Shown here piece after piece: positions 29,733 to 37,670 of a stretch of 64,000 bases of DNA; position 1 is the first letter of the stretch; the number at the start of each line of letters is the position of its first letter. A program made the translations under genes and the position numbers. The DNA comes from Blautia sp. (GTDB taxonomy: Bacteria > Bacillota > Clostridia > Lachnospirales > Lachnospiraceae), in assembly GCA_022777285.1 (NCBI GenBank), contig JALFGN010000123.1, positions 4,752 to 68,751 of the forward strand. Direction: 5' to 3'. The notes under the pieces were generated by a model. It searched no databases, was not told the origin of the DNA, and saw only the letters and a list, made by a program, of their open reading frames with translations.

Positions 29733-30620
29733 GTGGGGAATTTTATTACGTCAATCAAAAATTATCTGAGTGGTATGACATTGCCGCATATTGCGGGGAT
29801 TGATATAGTCGAGATTTTGCTGATTGCCTTTTTTGTATATCAGTTTATGTTGTGGGTAAGAAATACCAGAGCCTATTCCCTGCTGAAAGGAATCCTTGTG
29901 GTTCTTGCTTTCATCTTCATTGCTTTTTTGCTGAAAATGAATACGATACTCTGGTTGGTTACAAATGTGGCAGGTTATGCAATTACGGCGGTACTTGTAA
30001 TTTTTCAGCCGGAACTGCGTAAAGCGTTGGAAGAATTAGGACATAAAAAGATTGTCAGCAGCATTATTCCATTTGATAATAATAAAAAAGAGGAGGACGG
30101 ACTTTTTACAGACCGGACGTTGAATGAAATCGTGAGAGCCAGTTTTGAAATGGGTGAAGTAAAAACGGGTGCACTCATCGTAATAGAAAAAGAGACGGTA
30201 TTGAATGAATATGCACGTACAGGAATTTATCTGGATTCGCTCGTGAGCAGTCAGCTCCTGATCAATATTTTTGAGCACAATACACCACTTCATGATGGAG
30301 CAGTTATTGTGCGGGGAGACCGAATCGTGGCTGCTACCTGTTATCTTCCTTTGTCCGATAATATGGAATTAAATAAGAATCTGGGTACCCGTCACCGCGC
30401 AGGTGTGGGAATCAGTGAAGTGAGTGATTCTCTGACTATTATCGTATCAGAAGAAACCGGACGTGTATCGGTTGCAAAACAGGGCAGACTTCAAGTAGAT
30501 GTAACAAGAGAAGGACTGAGGGAAATACTGAAAAAGGAGCAGAATGCAACGCCGGATAAAATAAAACACAAAAAAATATGGAAAGGATGGGTGAAGAATG
30601 GAGAAAAATCTGGTGAATAA
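29733..30620 (+). CDS. cdaA: Diadenylate cyclase CdaA
   Basis: 3 N-terminal TM helices and DAC-domain motifs GALIVIE, TPLHDGAVIV and GTRHRAG. GTG start after AAGGGGTGA. Confidence 0.92.
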   Translation: MGNFITSIKNYLSGMTLPHIAGIDIVEILLIAFFVYQFMLWVRNTRAYSLLKGILVVLAFIFIAFLLKMNTILWLVTNVAGYAITAVLVIFQPELRKALEELGHKKIVSSIIPFDNNKKEEDGLFTDRTLNEIVRASFEMGEVKTGALIVIEKETVLNEYARTGIYLDSLVSSQLLINIFEHNTPLHDGAVIVRGDRIVAATCYLPLSDNMELNKNLGTRHRAGVGISEVSDSLTIIVSEETGRVSVAKQGRLQVDVTREGLREILKKEQNATPDKIKHKKIWKGWVKNGEKSGE

Positions 30621-31908
30621 ATTTACCCTTAAAATTCTTTCCCTGCTGATAGCTATATTTATCTGGTTTCTGGTAATTAATATTCAGAACCCGGTAAGAA
30701 CCCGGGTAATTACCGATGTACCGGTTACATTTGCCAATGAATCCTATATAGAAAGTACGAACCAGGTACCGCTAATGGCGGAAGGTAAGGATACAGTCAA
30801 TGTTCAGGTACGGGCAGAAGCATCCATTATTAATAAAATCAACAGAGAGAATATTTCTGCAGTTGCAGATTTGACACAGATTGTAAATATGGATTCGAAT
30901 CCGATCATGGTTCCGGTGTATGTCAGTTATCCTGGAATTGACAGTCAGAATATTGAATGTACGCCCCAGAATATTCCGATTGAGATAGAAAATCGGGTAA
31001 GTAAAGAATTTACGATTGCCGTGAATACGGGAGAAACAAAACCGGAAAAAGGATTTGAAATCGGAAAAACAGAGACAAGCCCGGACAGAGTTACGATTAT
31101 CGGCCCGGAATCCATAGTAAATAAGATTGGGAATGTGGTAGCAAGAGTGGATGTAAATGGCATGTCAGCAAGTACCACAAAACAGTCTGAATTGCGGATT
31201 TTTGACAAGAATCTGGATGAACTTTCTGAGAAACAAATGTCCTATCTGAAGTTTGATATTCCTTCCACTACGGTAGATGTAAATGTGGATCTATGGAAAA
31301 TCAGACAGGATGTTCCGGTTGAAGTACAGTGGCAGGGAGAACCAAGATATGGTTATTATGTATTCCAGGCATCTTCTACGCCAAATACAATAAATATCGC
31401 AGGAACAGATGAGGCACTGAAAGAATTTGAAGAAAATGGAAATCAATTGATTGTTCCGGAGTATTTGGTAGATGTCAGTGGCAAGTCGGAGGACTATGAA
31501 GTTAAAATTGATCTGGACAAATTGCTTCCGGAAGGAATTGAGTTGGCTACGGATGTCAGTGAAACAGCACTGATCACTGTGAAAATCCTTCCTTTAAACA
31601 GCAAAGAATATGAGATTCCGGTAAATCGTATTGCGGTCAATAATAAACCGGCAGGAACGGATCTTGTATTTGACCGGGAAAAAGTATCGGTACGTATTCT
31701 TGGTACACAGGATGATCTGCAGAATCTGGAGGAGGATCAGATTGCACTGAGTATTGATCTGAATTCTTATAAAGAAGGAGAGTATGAAGTTCCGGTTATG
31801 GTCACTTTGCCGGAGGGATACACTTCTCTGGAAGAGGTAAATGTAAAGCTTAAACTGGTGAAGGCAGCAGAAGTAACTGAAAAAAATGAGACGGAAGAAA
31901 ATGAATAG
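30598..31908 (+). CDS. cdaR: CdaA regulatory protein CdaR (YbbR domain repeats)
   Basis: An N-terminal TM helix (LKILSLLIAIFIWFLV) followed by repeated YbbR-like beta domains. It overlaps the cdaA end by 23 nt. Confidence 0.85.
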   Translation: MEKNLVNKFTLKILSLLIAIFIWFLVINIQNPVRTRVITDVPVTFANESYIESTNQVPLMAEGKDTVNVQVRAEASIINKINRENISAVADLTQIVNMDSNPIMVPVYVSYPGIDSQNIECTPQNIPIEIENRVSKEFTIAVNTGETKPEKGFEIGKTETSPDRVTIIGPESIVNKIGNVVARVDVNGMSASTTKQSELRIFDKNLDELSEKQMSYLKFDIPSTTVDVNVDLWKIRQDVPVEVQWQGEPRYGYYVFQASSTPNTINIAGTDEALKEFEENGNQLIVPEYLVDVSGKSEDYEVKIDLDKLLPEGIELATDVSETALITVKILPLNSKEYEIPVNRIAVNNKPAGTDLVFDREKVSVRILGTQDDLQNLEEDQIALSIDLNSYKEGEYEVPVMVTLPEGYTSLEEVNVKLKLVKAAEVTEKNETEENE

Positions 31909-31919
31909 GGAGTGATAAA

Positions 31920-32183
31920 ATGGTTAGCCAGAAAGTAAAAGTGAATAATTTGATCGGTCTTCATTTGAGACCTGCAGGAAAGCTTTGTAATGAAGCAATG
32001 CGGTTTAAATGTTTAATCACTTTCAGTTACAAAGAGGTTACCGCAAATGCAAAAAGTGTTCTGAGTGTACTTGGAGCTTGTGTAAGAGGCGGCGATACGA
32101 TTGAACTGGTATGTGAAGGAGAAGATGAAGAGGAAGCACTGAAGCATTTGGTCTATGTACTGGAAAATGCTTTGCAGGAATAA
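31920..32183 (+). CDS. HPr family phosphocarrier protein
   Basis: 87 aa. GLHLRPAG supplies the His15 equivalent and NAKSVLSVLGA the Ser46 equivalent. Confidence 0.8.
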   Translation: MVSQKVKVNNLIGLHLRPAGKLCNEAMRFKCLITFSYKEVTANAKSVLSVLGACVRGGDTIELVCEGEDEEEALKHLVYVLENALQE

Positions 32184-32212
32184 ATCCGAACAAAGAGGTT
32201 CGCGTAATCAGA

Positions 32213-32248
32213 ATCAGGGATGAAGAAAAAACTTCATCCCTGATTTTT
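32213..32248 (+). terminator. Rho-independent terminator after the HPr-like gene
   Basis: A perfect 13-bp stem, atcagggatgaag / cttcatccctgat, with an A6 loop and a T-run. Confidence 0.8.
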
Positions 32249-32277
32249 GGCGTGAATAAAATACAGGAGGAAAAAAG

Positions 32278-32979
32278 ATGCACAATAATCTAAAAGAGGG
32301 AATGAAGGATGGAATTCCAATTGCGCTTGGGTATTTTTCGGTCAGTTTTACATTCGGAATGCTGGCTGTAAACAGTGGTATGTCACCTTTGCATGCAGTT
32401 CTGATTTCTTTGTTTAATTTGACTTCAGCAGGGCAGTTTGCGGGCTTGCATGTGATTCTGGCTGGTTCTTCTCTTCTGGAGATGGCACTTACCCAGTTGG
32501 TGATCAACATGCGTTATGCACTGATGTCCTTATCTTTGTCACAAAAACTGGCGCCTTGTGTGAAAACAGGACATCGGCTGACCATTGCTTATGGAGTGAC
32601 CGATGAAATCTTTGCAGTGGCCAGTTCCAAAAAAGAAAAGGTCGGACAGTATTATATGTATGGGCTGATTGTGCTGCCTGTACTGGGATGGGTAGGAGGT
32701 ACGCTTACCGGTGCTGTGGCAAGTACAATTATGCCTGCCTTTGTAAGAAGTGCCCTTGGAGTTGCGCTTTATGGTATGTTTGTTGCAATTGTAGTACCGC
32801 CGGCAAAAAAAGAGAAAACAGTTCGGACAGTCGTGATGCTTGCTTTGCTGTTTAGTACAGGATTTTATTATTTACCGGTACTGAGGAATATTTCAGGAGG
32901 ATTTATGGTTATTATTTGTACCCTTCTGTCAGCAGGTATCGGTGCAATATTATTTCCGATTAAGGAGGAAGAAAAATGA
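32278..32979 (+). CDS. azlC: AzlC family branched-chain amino acid exporter subunit
   Basis: 233 aa. G(I/V)PIALGYFSVSFTFG, SAGQFA and polytopic topology. It is followed by a small AzlD-like partner. Confidence 0.8.
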   Translation: MHNNLKEGMKDGIPIALGYFSVSFTFGMLAVNSGMSPLHAVLISLFNLTSAGQFAGLHVILAGSSLLEMALTQLVINMRYALMSLSLSQKLAPCVKTGHRLTIAYGVTDEIFAVASSKKEKVGQYYMYGLIVLPVLGWVGGTLTGAVASTIMPAFVRSALGVALYGMFVAIVVPPAKKEKTVRTVVMLALLFSTGFYYLPVLRNISGGFMVIICTLLSAGIGAILFPIKEEEK

Positions 32980-33281
32980 TTTATGCCTATATTTTTGTGA
33001 TGGCAGGGGTTACTTATCTGATCCGTATGCTTCCCCTGACTCTGTTTCAGAAAAAGATTACGAATGTGTATATAAGATCTTTTTTGTATTATGTACCATA
33101 TGCATGCCTGACAGCAATGACCTTTCCCGCGATTCTCTATGCAACCGAATCACCGGTTTCTGCTTTTGCGGGGCTTGTGACAGCAGTTGTCTTCGCAGTA
33201 AAGGAAAAAAGTCTTGTGACAGTGGCTGGATTTTCCTGCGTGGCAGTATTCCTTGCTGAAAGGATTCTTGGGTGTGTGTAA
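32976..33281 (+). CDS. azlD: AzlD family branched-chain amino acid exporter subunit
   Basis: 101 aa with 3-4 TM helices. Its start overlaps the azlC stop (ATGA). Confidence 0.75.
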   Translation: MIYAYIFVMAGVTYLIRMLPLTLFQKKITNVYIRSFLYYVPYACLTAMTFPAILYATESPVSAFAGLVTAVVFAVKEKSLVTVAGFSCVAVFLAERILGCV

Positions 33282-33314
33282 AGAAAATTTAATAAATGAT
33301 TTTCGGGCAGTCAG

Positions 33315-33343
33315 TTGTCATAAAGGAAAAAAGGTGTTAGAAT
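33315..33343 (+). promoter_or_regulatory. Promoter candidate for the L,D-transpeptidase gene (TTGTCA-17-TGtTAGAAT)
   Basis: Read directly from the sequence. Confidence 0.5.
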
Positions 33344-33413
33344 ATAGGCATATCTAAAGGTGAATTACTTTAGAATCAGGAGTTAATAAATTAGGAAAGG
33401 ATGAGGGTGAAGG

Positions 33414-35624
33414 ATGAAGAAGCGTAGAATGAAGCTTATGGCGTTGCTGTTGGCTTTGACAGTGTCTTTTAATTCTGTGGTGCCGGCAGGAGCTGCCGTT
33501 TCTGAAGAGAAGGTAACCGTGGATACTGTTGCAGAACCGGACAATACGGAAGAGGCAGAAAATAGTGTAGATGTGGTTGCAGAAAAAAGTGCAGAAGAGA
33601 TACAGGACAGTAACTGGACGGTAGAAAAAGTAACCGATGCAGATGGCAAAATCACTTCTGTTATTTTCAGAAAATATGCCGATGCAGCATCAAAAACAGG
33701 GTTTGAATTCAAATGGGTATACGATGATGCACAGGGAACCTGGGCACAGTATCAATCAGACGAAGCAGATGCAGTACCGGAGAAAACAGCAGAGGGCATT
33801 TACGAGACAGGTGCTTTAAAGAAAGAAGATACCGTCTCGAAACTGATGTACTGGTTAGGGGATGCCGGAAAAGGAAAATCCGGATGGAAGCTTTCCGAGG
33901 ATGGAAATCAATTCTTCTACTACTATAGTGGAGAGGAAAAAGAAATTCTGGAGAATCTGGCAGAACTGCCGGTTGGCTTTTATCTGGGAATGCAGAAACC
34001 GTCAGAGTTGATCAAGGAGGGGTATTATTCCGATATCAACGGGGATAGTTACTGGTTGAAAGACGAAGGAATTCTTGTAAAGAATGAATGGAAACTTTAC
34101 AAAGATGAAGCCGGAACAGAATATTATTACTACTTTGGAGAAGACGGCAAACAGGATAAGAGCAAGAAAGGGCTTCAGACCATCAACGGGGCAGAATATT
34201 ATCTGAAAGATGATTTCTCTTTACTGAAAAGTGACAGTGTGATGATCGACGGCAAAAAACATGTTTTCGATGAAAATGGAAAATGTGTACAGGAATATGT
34301 TCCTGTAGAGGCAGGATGGCATTCCGATGAAAAAGGTCGTTGGTATCAGTGTGAAGATGGTACCCGTCCGGAAAATTGCTGGAAAGAGATTGACGGAGAA
34401 AAATATTATTTCGGAGAAGACGGTTATATCGTATATGGCTGGCTGGAATATGAAGGAAACTGGTATTATCTTGGAAAAGCCGATGATGGTGCTATGAAAA
34501 CAGGCTGGCAGAAGGTCGGCGGCAAGTGGTATTATATGGATCCGTCCAGTGGTATTATGCAGGAAGGCTGGGTAGAAGTTGACGGCAAATGGTACTATCT
34601 GAAACCGGGCAATGGAGCAATGCAGGAAGGCTGGCTGAAACTTTCCGGTAAATGGTATTATCTGAATCCTGGTAACGGAGCAATGGCCGAAGGTTGGAAA
34701 AAGGTTGGCGGCAAATGGTATTACCTGAAACCGGGTGATGGAGCGATGCAGGAAGGCTGGCAGAAAATCGGCAGCAAATGGTATTATCTGACACCAGGCA
34801 ATGGAGCGATGCGTGAAGGCTGGCTGAAACTTTCCGGTAAATGGTATTATCTGAAACCAGGTAATGGAGCGATGGCCGAAGGCTGGTGTAAAGTTTCTGA
34901 TAAATGGTATTACCTGAAACCAGGAAACGGAGCTATGGTGGATGGATGGCGTAAGGTAGACGGTAAATGGTATTACCTGAAACCAGAAAAAGGCTATCGT
35001 ATGGAAAGCTGGCAGAAAATTGGCGGCAAATGGTATTATCTGAAACCGGGCAGCGGAGCCATGGTGACTGGATGGAATTATATTAGCGGATACAAGCTGT
35101 ACTTTAATTCCGACGGTGTTCTGGTACAGGATGTGAGCAATATGATCAGCGGTCCTTACAGAATCCGAGTAAATCGTACCAGATGTATGGTTACGATTTT
35201 TGCAAAAGACGGAAGCAATGGCTGGATCATACCAGTAAAATCCATGACCTGTTCCGTGGGACTTCCGGCGACACCGACACCGACCGGTACTTTCTATATC
35301 GGTGATCAGGACAGATGGCATGCACTGATGGGACCGTCCTGGGGACAGTACACTTCTCATGTTTATCAGGGAATTTTCATTCACTCTGTAGCAGGTGCAG
35401 AGAAGAGAATCGATAACTTAAATGCAGCAGACTATAACAAACTGGGTCAGCCGGCATCTCATGGATGCATTCGTCTCTGTGTAAGAGACGCAAAATGGAT
35501 CTATACAAATGTAAGCAGAGGCTCTCAGATTACCATCGGTGATGGATATTATGAACCGTTTGACAAACCGGCAACAATTAAACTGAAACCGGGAACAAAT
35601 TTAGTAGATCCAACACAGTGTTAA
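33414..35624 (+). CDS. Secreted L,D-transpeptidase (YkuD domain) with cell-wall-binding (CW_binding_1) repeats
   Basis: Signal peptide, then about 15 GW..GKWYYL-type repeats, then a C-terminal YkuD domain with GIFIHS and the catalytic SHGCIRL. Confidence 0.85.
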   Translation: MKKRRMKLMALLLALTVSFNSVVPAGAAVSEEKVTVDTVAEPDNTEEAENSVDVVAEKSAEEIQDSNWTVEKVTDADGKITSVIFRKYADAASKTGFEFKWVYDDAQGTWAQYQSDEADAVPEKTAEGIYETGALKKEDTVSKLMYWLGDAGKGKSGWKLSEDGNQFFYYYSGEEKEILENLAELPVGFYLGMQKPSELIKEGYYSDINGDSYWLKDEGILVKNEWKLYKDEAGTEYYYYFGEDGKQDKSKKGLQTINGAEYYLKDDFSLLKSDSVMIDGKKHVFDENGKCVQEYVPVEAGWHSDEKGRWYQCEDGTRPENCWKEIDGEKYYFGEDGYIVYGWLEYEGNWYYLGKADDGAMKTGWQKVGGKWYYMDPSSGIMQEGWVEVDGKWYYLKPGNGAMQEGWLKLSGKWYYLNPGNGAMAEGWKKVGGKWYYLKPGDGAMQEGWQKIGSKWYYLTPGNGAMREGWLKLSGKWYYLKPGNGAMAEGWCKVSDKWYYLKPGNGAMVDGWRKVDGKWYYLKPEKGYRMESWQKIGGKWYYLKPGSGAMVTGWNYISGYKLYFNSDGVLVQDVSNMISGPYRIRVNRTRCMVTIFAKDGSNGWIIPVKSMTCSVGLPATPTPTGTFYIGDQDRWHALMGPSWGQYTSHVYQGIFIHSVAGAEKRIDNLNAADYNKLGQPASHGCIRLCVRDAKWIYTNVSRGSQITIGDGYYEPFDKPATIKLKPGTNLVDPTQC
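34437..35130 (+). repeat. Tandem 63-nt (21-aa) coding repeats, GW.K..GKWYYLKPGNGAM.E type
   Basis: About 11 consecutive units. The 40-nt string aaggctggctgaaactttccggtaaatggtattatctgaa occurs exactly twice, starting at 34627 and 34816, which is 189 nt (3 units) apart. More degenerate units lie upstream from about 34020. Confidence 0.9.
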
Positions 35625-35638
35625 TAACAGGCTGTTTG

Positions 35639-35669
35639 GGAGACGTGTTTTGACACGTCTCCTTTTTTT
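35639..35669 (+). terminator. Rho-independent terminator after the L,D-transpeptidase gene
   Basis: A 9-bp stem, ggagacgtg / cacgtctcc, followed by T7. Confidence 0.8.
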
Positions 35670-35678
35670 CGATATAAT
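35650..35678 (+). promoter_or_regulatory. Perfect-consensus sigma-A promoter TTGACA-17-TATAAT for the PLP/GT2/ATP-grasp operon
   Basis: Both hexamers match consensus with a 17-nt spacer. The -35 lies in the loop and 3' arm of the upstream terminator hairpin. Confidence 0.6.
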
Positions 35679-35740
35679 ACTTTTTCGGCAGAATTCAAAT
35701 CTGTGTAAAAGCAGGAATCAAATCAGGAGGAAGAGAGAAA

Positions 35741-36730
35741 ATGTTCGAACGATATGAAAATTCACCGATTTATCCCATTAAGAATACAAAGGGAAATGGA
35801 AATCGGATTTATGTAAAACGAGAAGATTTGCTTCCTTTTTCTCTGGGAGGAAATAAGGTGCGGATTGCCCGTGAGTTTTTTCGGGATATGGAAGAAAAAA
35901 ACTGCGATACCATGGTGGTCTATGGAAATACACGCTCAAATCTTTGCAGAGTCATTGCGAATCAATGTTATATACAGAACATACCCTGTTATATGATCAG
36001 TTCCAGAGAGGAGCATGAGAAAGAGAGAGAAGAGACAGGAAACAGCAGACTTATGGAATTATTAGGAGCCAAAATTATCCCCTGTACGAAAGCAGAGATA
36101 GCTTCGGCAGTGGAAGAGACCATGAAAGCCATTGAGAAAACAGGAAGAAAGCCTTACTATATATATGGAAATAAATGGGGCACAGGCAATGAAGCTACAG
36201 CAACAGCAGCCTATGTAAAAGCATACAGGGAAATACAGGATTTTGAAGAAGAACATGCGCTTTCCTTTGATTATATTTTTCATGCTTCCGGTACAGGAGC
36301 CACACAGTCCGGATTGATCTGTGGACATATTCTGGCAGGGGATTCGACAAAGATAATCGGAATTTCTGTTTCTTCCAGAGAATATGAAAGAGGAGTATCG
36401 GTCATCCGGACAGGAGTAGAAAGTTATCTGAAAGACAGGAAGATTTCCCGAAATTTTGATACTGATCAGGAAATTTTTCTGGAATGTAAGTATAACAAAG
36501 GTGGTTACGGGATCTACGATGAAGAAATATTGGATTGTATCCGGCGACAATTCAGAAAAAACAGTCTCCCTCTGGATCCTGTTTATACAGGAAAAGCGTT
36601 TCTTGGAATGGAAAAATATCTGGAAGAACAGAAAATTACCGGAAAAAATATTCTGTTTCTTCACACCGGAGGAACACCGTTATTCTATGATTGCCTGTAT
36701 GCAGGAAAATTAAAACAGGAAGGAATTTAA
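35741..36730 (+). CDS. Fold-type II PLP-dependent enzyme (ACC deaminase / D-cysteine desulfhydrase family)
   Basis: KREDL...LGGNKVR supplies the Schiff-base Lys context. The SGTGATQSG Gly-rich loop and about 330 aa fit the family. Confidence 0.7.
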   Translation: MFERYENSPIYPIKNTKGNGNRIYVKREDLLPFSLGGNKVRIAREFFRDMEEKNCDTMVVYGNTRSNLCRVIANQCYIQNIPCYMISSREEHEKEREETGNSRLMELLGAKIIPCTKAEIASAVEETMKAIEKTGRKPYYIYGNKWGTGNEATATAAYVKAYREIQDFEEEHALSFDYIFHASGTGATQSGLICGHILAGDSTKIIGISVSSREYERGVSVIRTGVESYLKDRKISRNFDTDQEIFLECKYNKGGYGIYDEEILDCIRRQFRKNSLPLDPVYTGKAFLGMEKYLEEQKITGKNILFLHTGGTPLFYDCLYAGKLKQEGI

Positions 36731-36734
36731 AAAT

Positions 36735-37670
36735 ATGTTAATATCAATTGTGATTCCTTGTTATTATTCTGAAAAAACCATTAAAAAAGTTGTAGAGATG
36801 ACAATAGACGAATTTTCAAAAACCAATCGGTATGATTGTGAATTTGTTCTGGTCAATGATGGATCTACAGATGGTACCTATGAAAAAATAAAGGAACTGG
36901 CAGAAAAATATCCTTTTGTGCAGGGCGTAAATTTACTGAGAAATTTTGGACAGCACAATGCACTTATGGCAGCGCTTCATTACGTGAGGGGAGATTATGT
37001 TCTGGGCATGGATGATGATATGCAGACACATCCATCGCAGATTCATAAACTGGTAGAAAAGATTCAGGAAGGATATGATCTGGTTTATGGACATTATGGG
37101 AAAAAGAAAAATTCTACTCTTAAAAATCTCAGCAGTAAATTAAACGAAGTATCCTCCCGTATTCTTCTTGGCAGACCAAAGGAAATCGTTTCCAGCAATT
37201 TCTGGATCATTACCCGTAAGGTAGCGGAGGAAGTTATCAAATATGACAGCTACAATCCTTATATTGACGGGATTTTTTACAGAGTCACACACAATATCGG
37301 AAATGTGGAAGTAGAACATCATAAACGGGAAGTAGGAACATCGAATTATACATTGAAAAGACTGATTCGTTTGTGGCTGGCATACTGGAATTATTCGGTC
37401 ATTCCGCTTCGGATTTCTTCTGTAACAGGTGGTGTAATGGCAATGGCAGGATTTGTCGCTGCGCTCCTTACCATAATCCGAAAACTGGTGCATCCCGGTA
37501 TTCCGGTAGGATGGGCTTCCACGATTTGCGTCGTTACTGTATTTGCAGGATTGATTCTGATGAGCCTTGGAATTATAGGGGAATATCTGGGAAAAATTAT
37601 ACTTACGCTGAATCATACCCCGCAGTTTATTGTCAGGGAGAGTATCAACACAGATGGAGAAAAGAGATGA
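36735..37670 (+). CDS. GT2 polyprenyl-phosphate glycosyltransferase (GtrB/ArnC/CsbB type)
   Basis: SIVIPCYY, VNDGSTDGT, GMDDDMQTHP (the DxD-Q-P motif of the GtrB/ArnC class), and two C-terminal TM helices ending GIIGEYLGKI....PQFIVRE. Confidence 0.8.
   Translation: MLISIVIPCYYSEKTIKKVVEMTIDEFSKTNRYDCEFVLVNDGSTDGTYEKIKELAEKYPFVQGVNLLRNFGQHNALMAALHYVRGDYVLGMDDDMQTHPSQIHKLVEKIQEGYDLVYGHYGKKKNSTLKNLSSKLNEVSSRILLGRPKEIVSSNFWIITRKVAEEVIKYDSYNPYIDGIFYRVTHNIGNVEVEHHKREVGTSNYTLKRLIRLWLAYWNYSVIPLRISSVTGGVMAMAGFVAALLTIIRKLVHPGIPVGWASTICVVTVFAGLILMSLGIIGEYLGKIILTLNHTPQFIVRESINTDGEKR

Noticed and set aside
32186-32202. The CGAAC-aaagag-GTTCG inverted repeat after the HPr-like gene looked like a LexA half-site pair.
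   Set aside because: The spacer between GAAC and GTTC is 6 nt rather than the required 4. The repeat also sits at a gene 3' end just before a terminator, so it is most likely part of 3'-end structure.
34221-35384. A 387-aa ORF on the minus strand with a periodic sequence (…IIPFAANFLPAF…).
   Set aside because: It is the antisense frame of the cell-wall-binding repeat array. The repeated codon pattern removes stops. It has no independent start context, and the sense-strand protein is fully coherent.
37373-37666. A 98-codon upstream extension of the ATP-grasp ORF that overlaps the GT2 C-terminus. This raised the possibility of a fusion or frameshift.
   Set aside because: The GT2 frame encodes the canonical GtrB-type C-terminal TM helices through to its stop. 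The ATP-grasp domain begins at the ATG at 37667 (MKRKIMILGAG) with a classic ATGA coupling. The extension has no coherent protein features.
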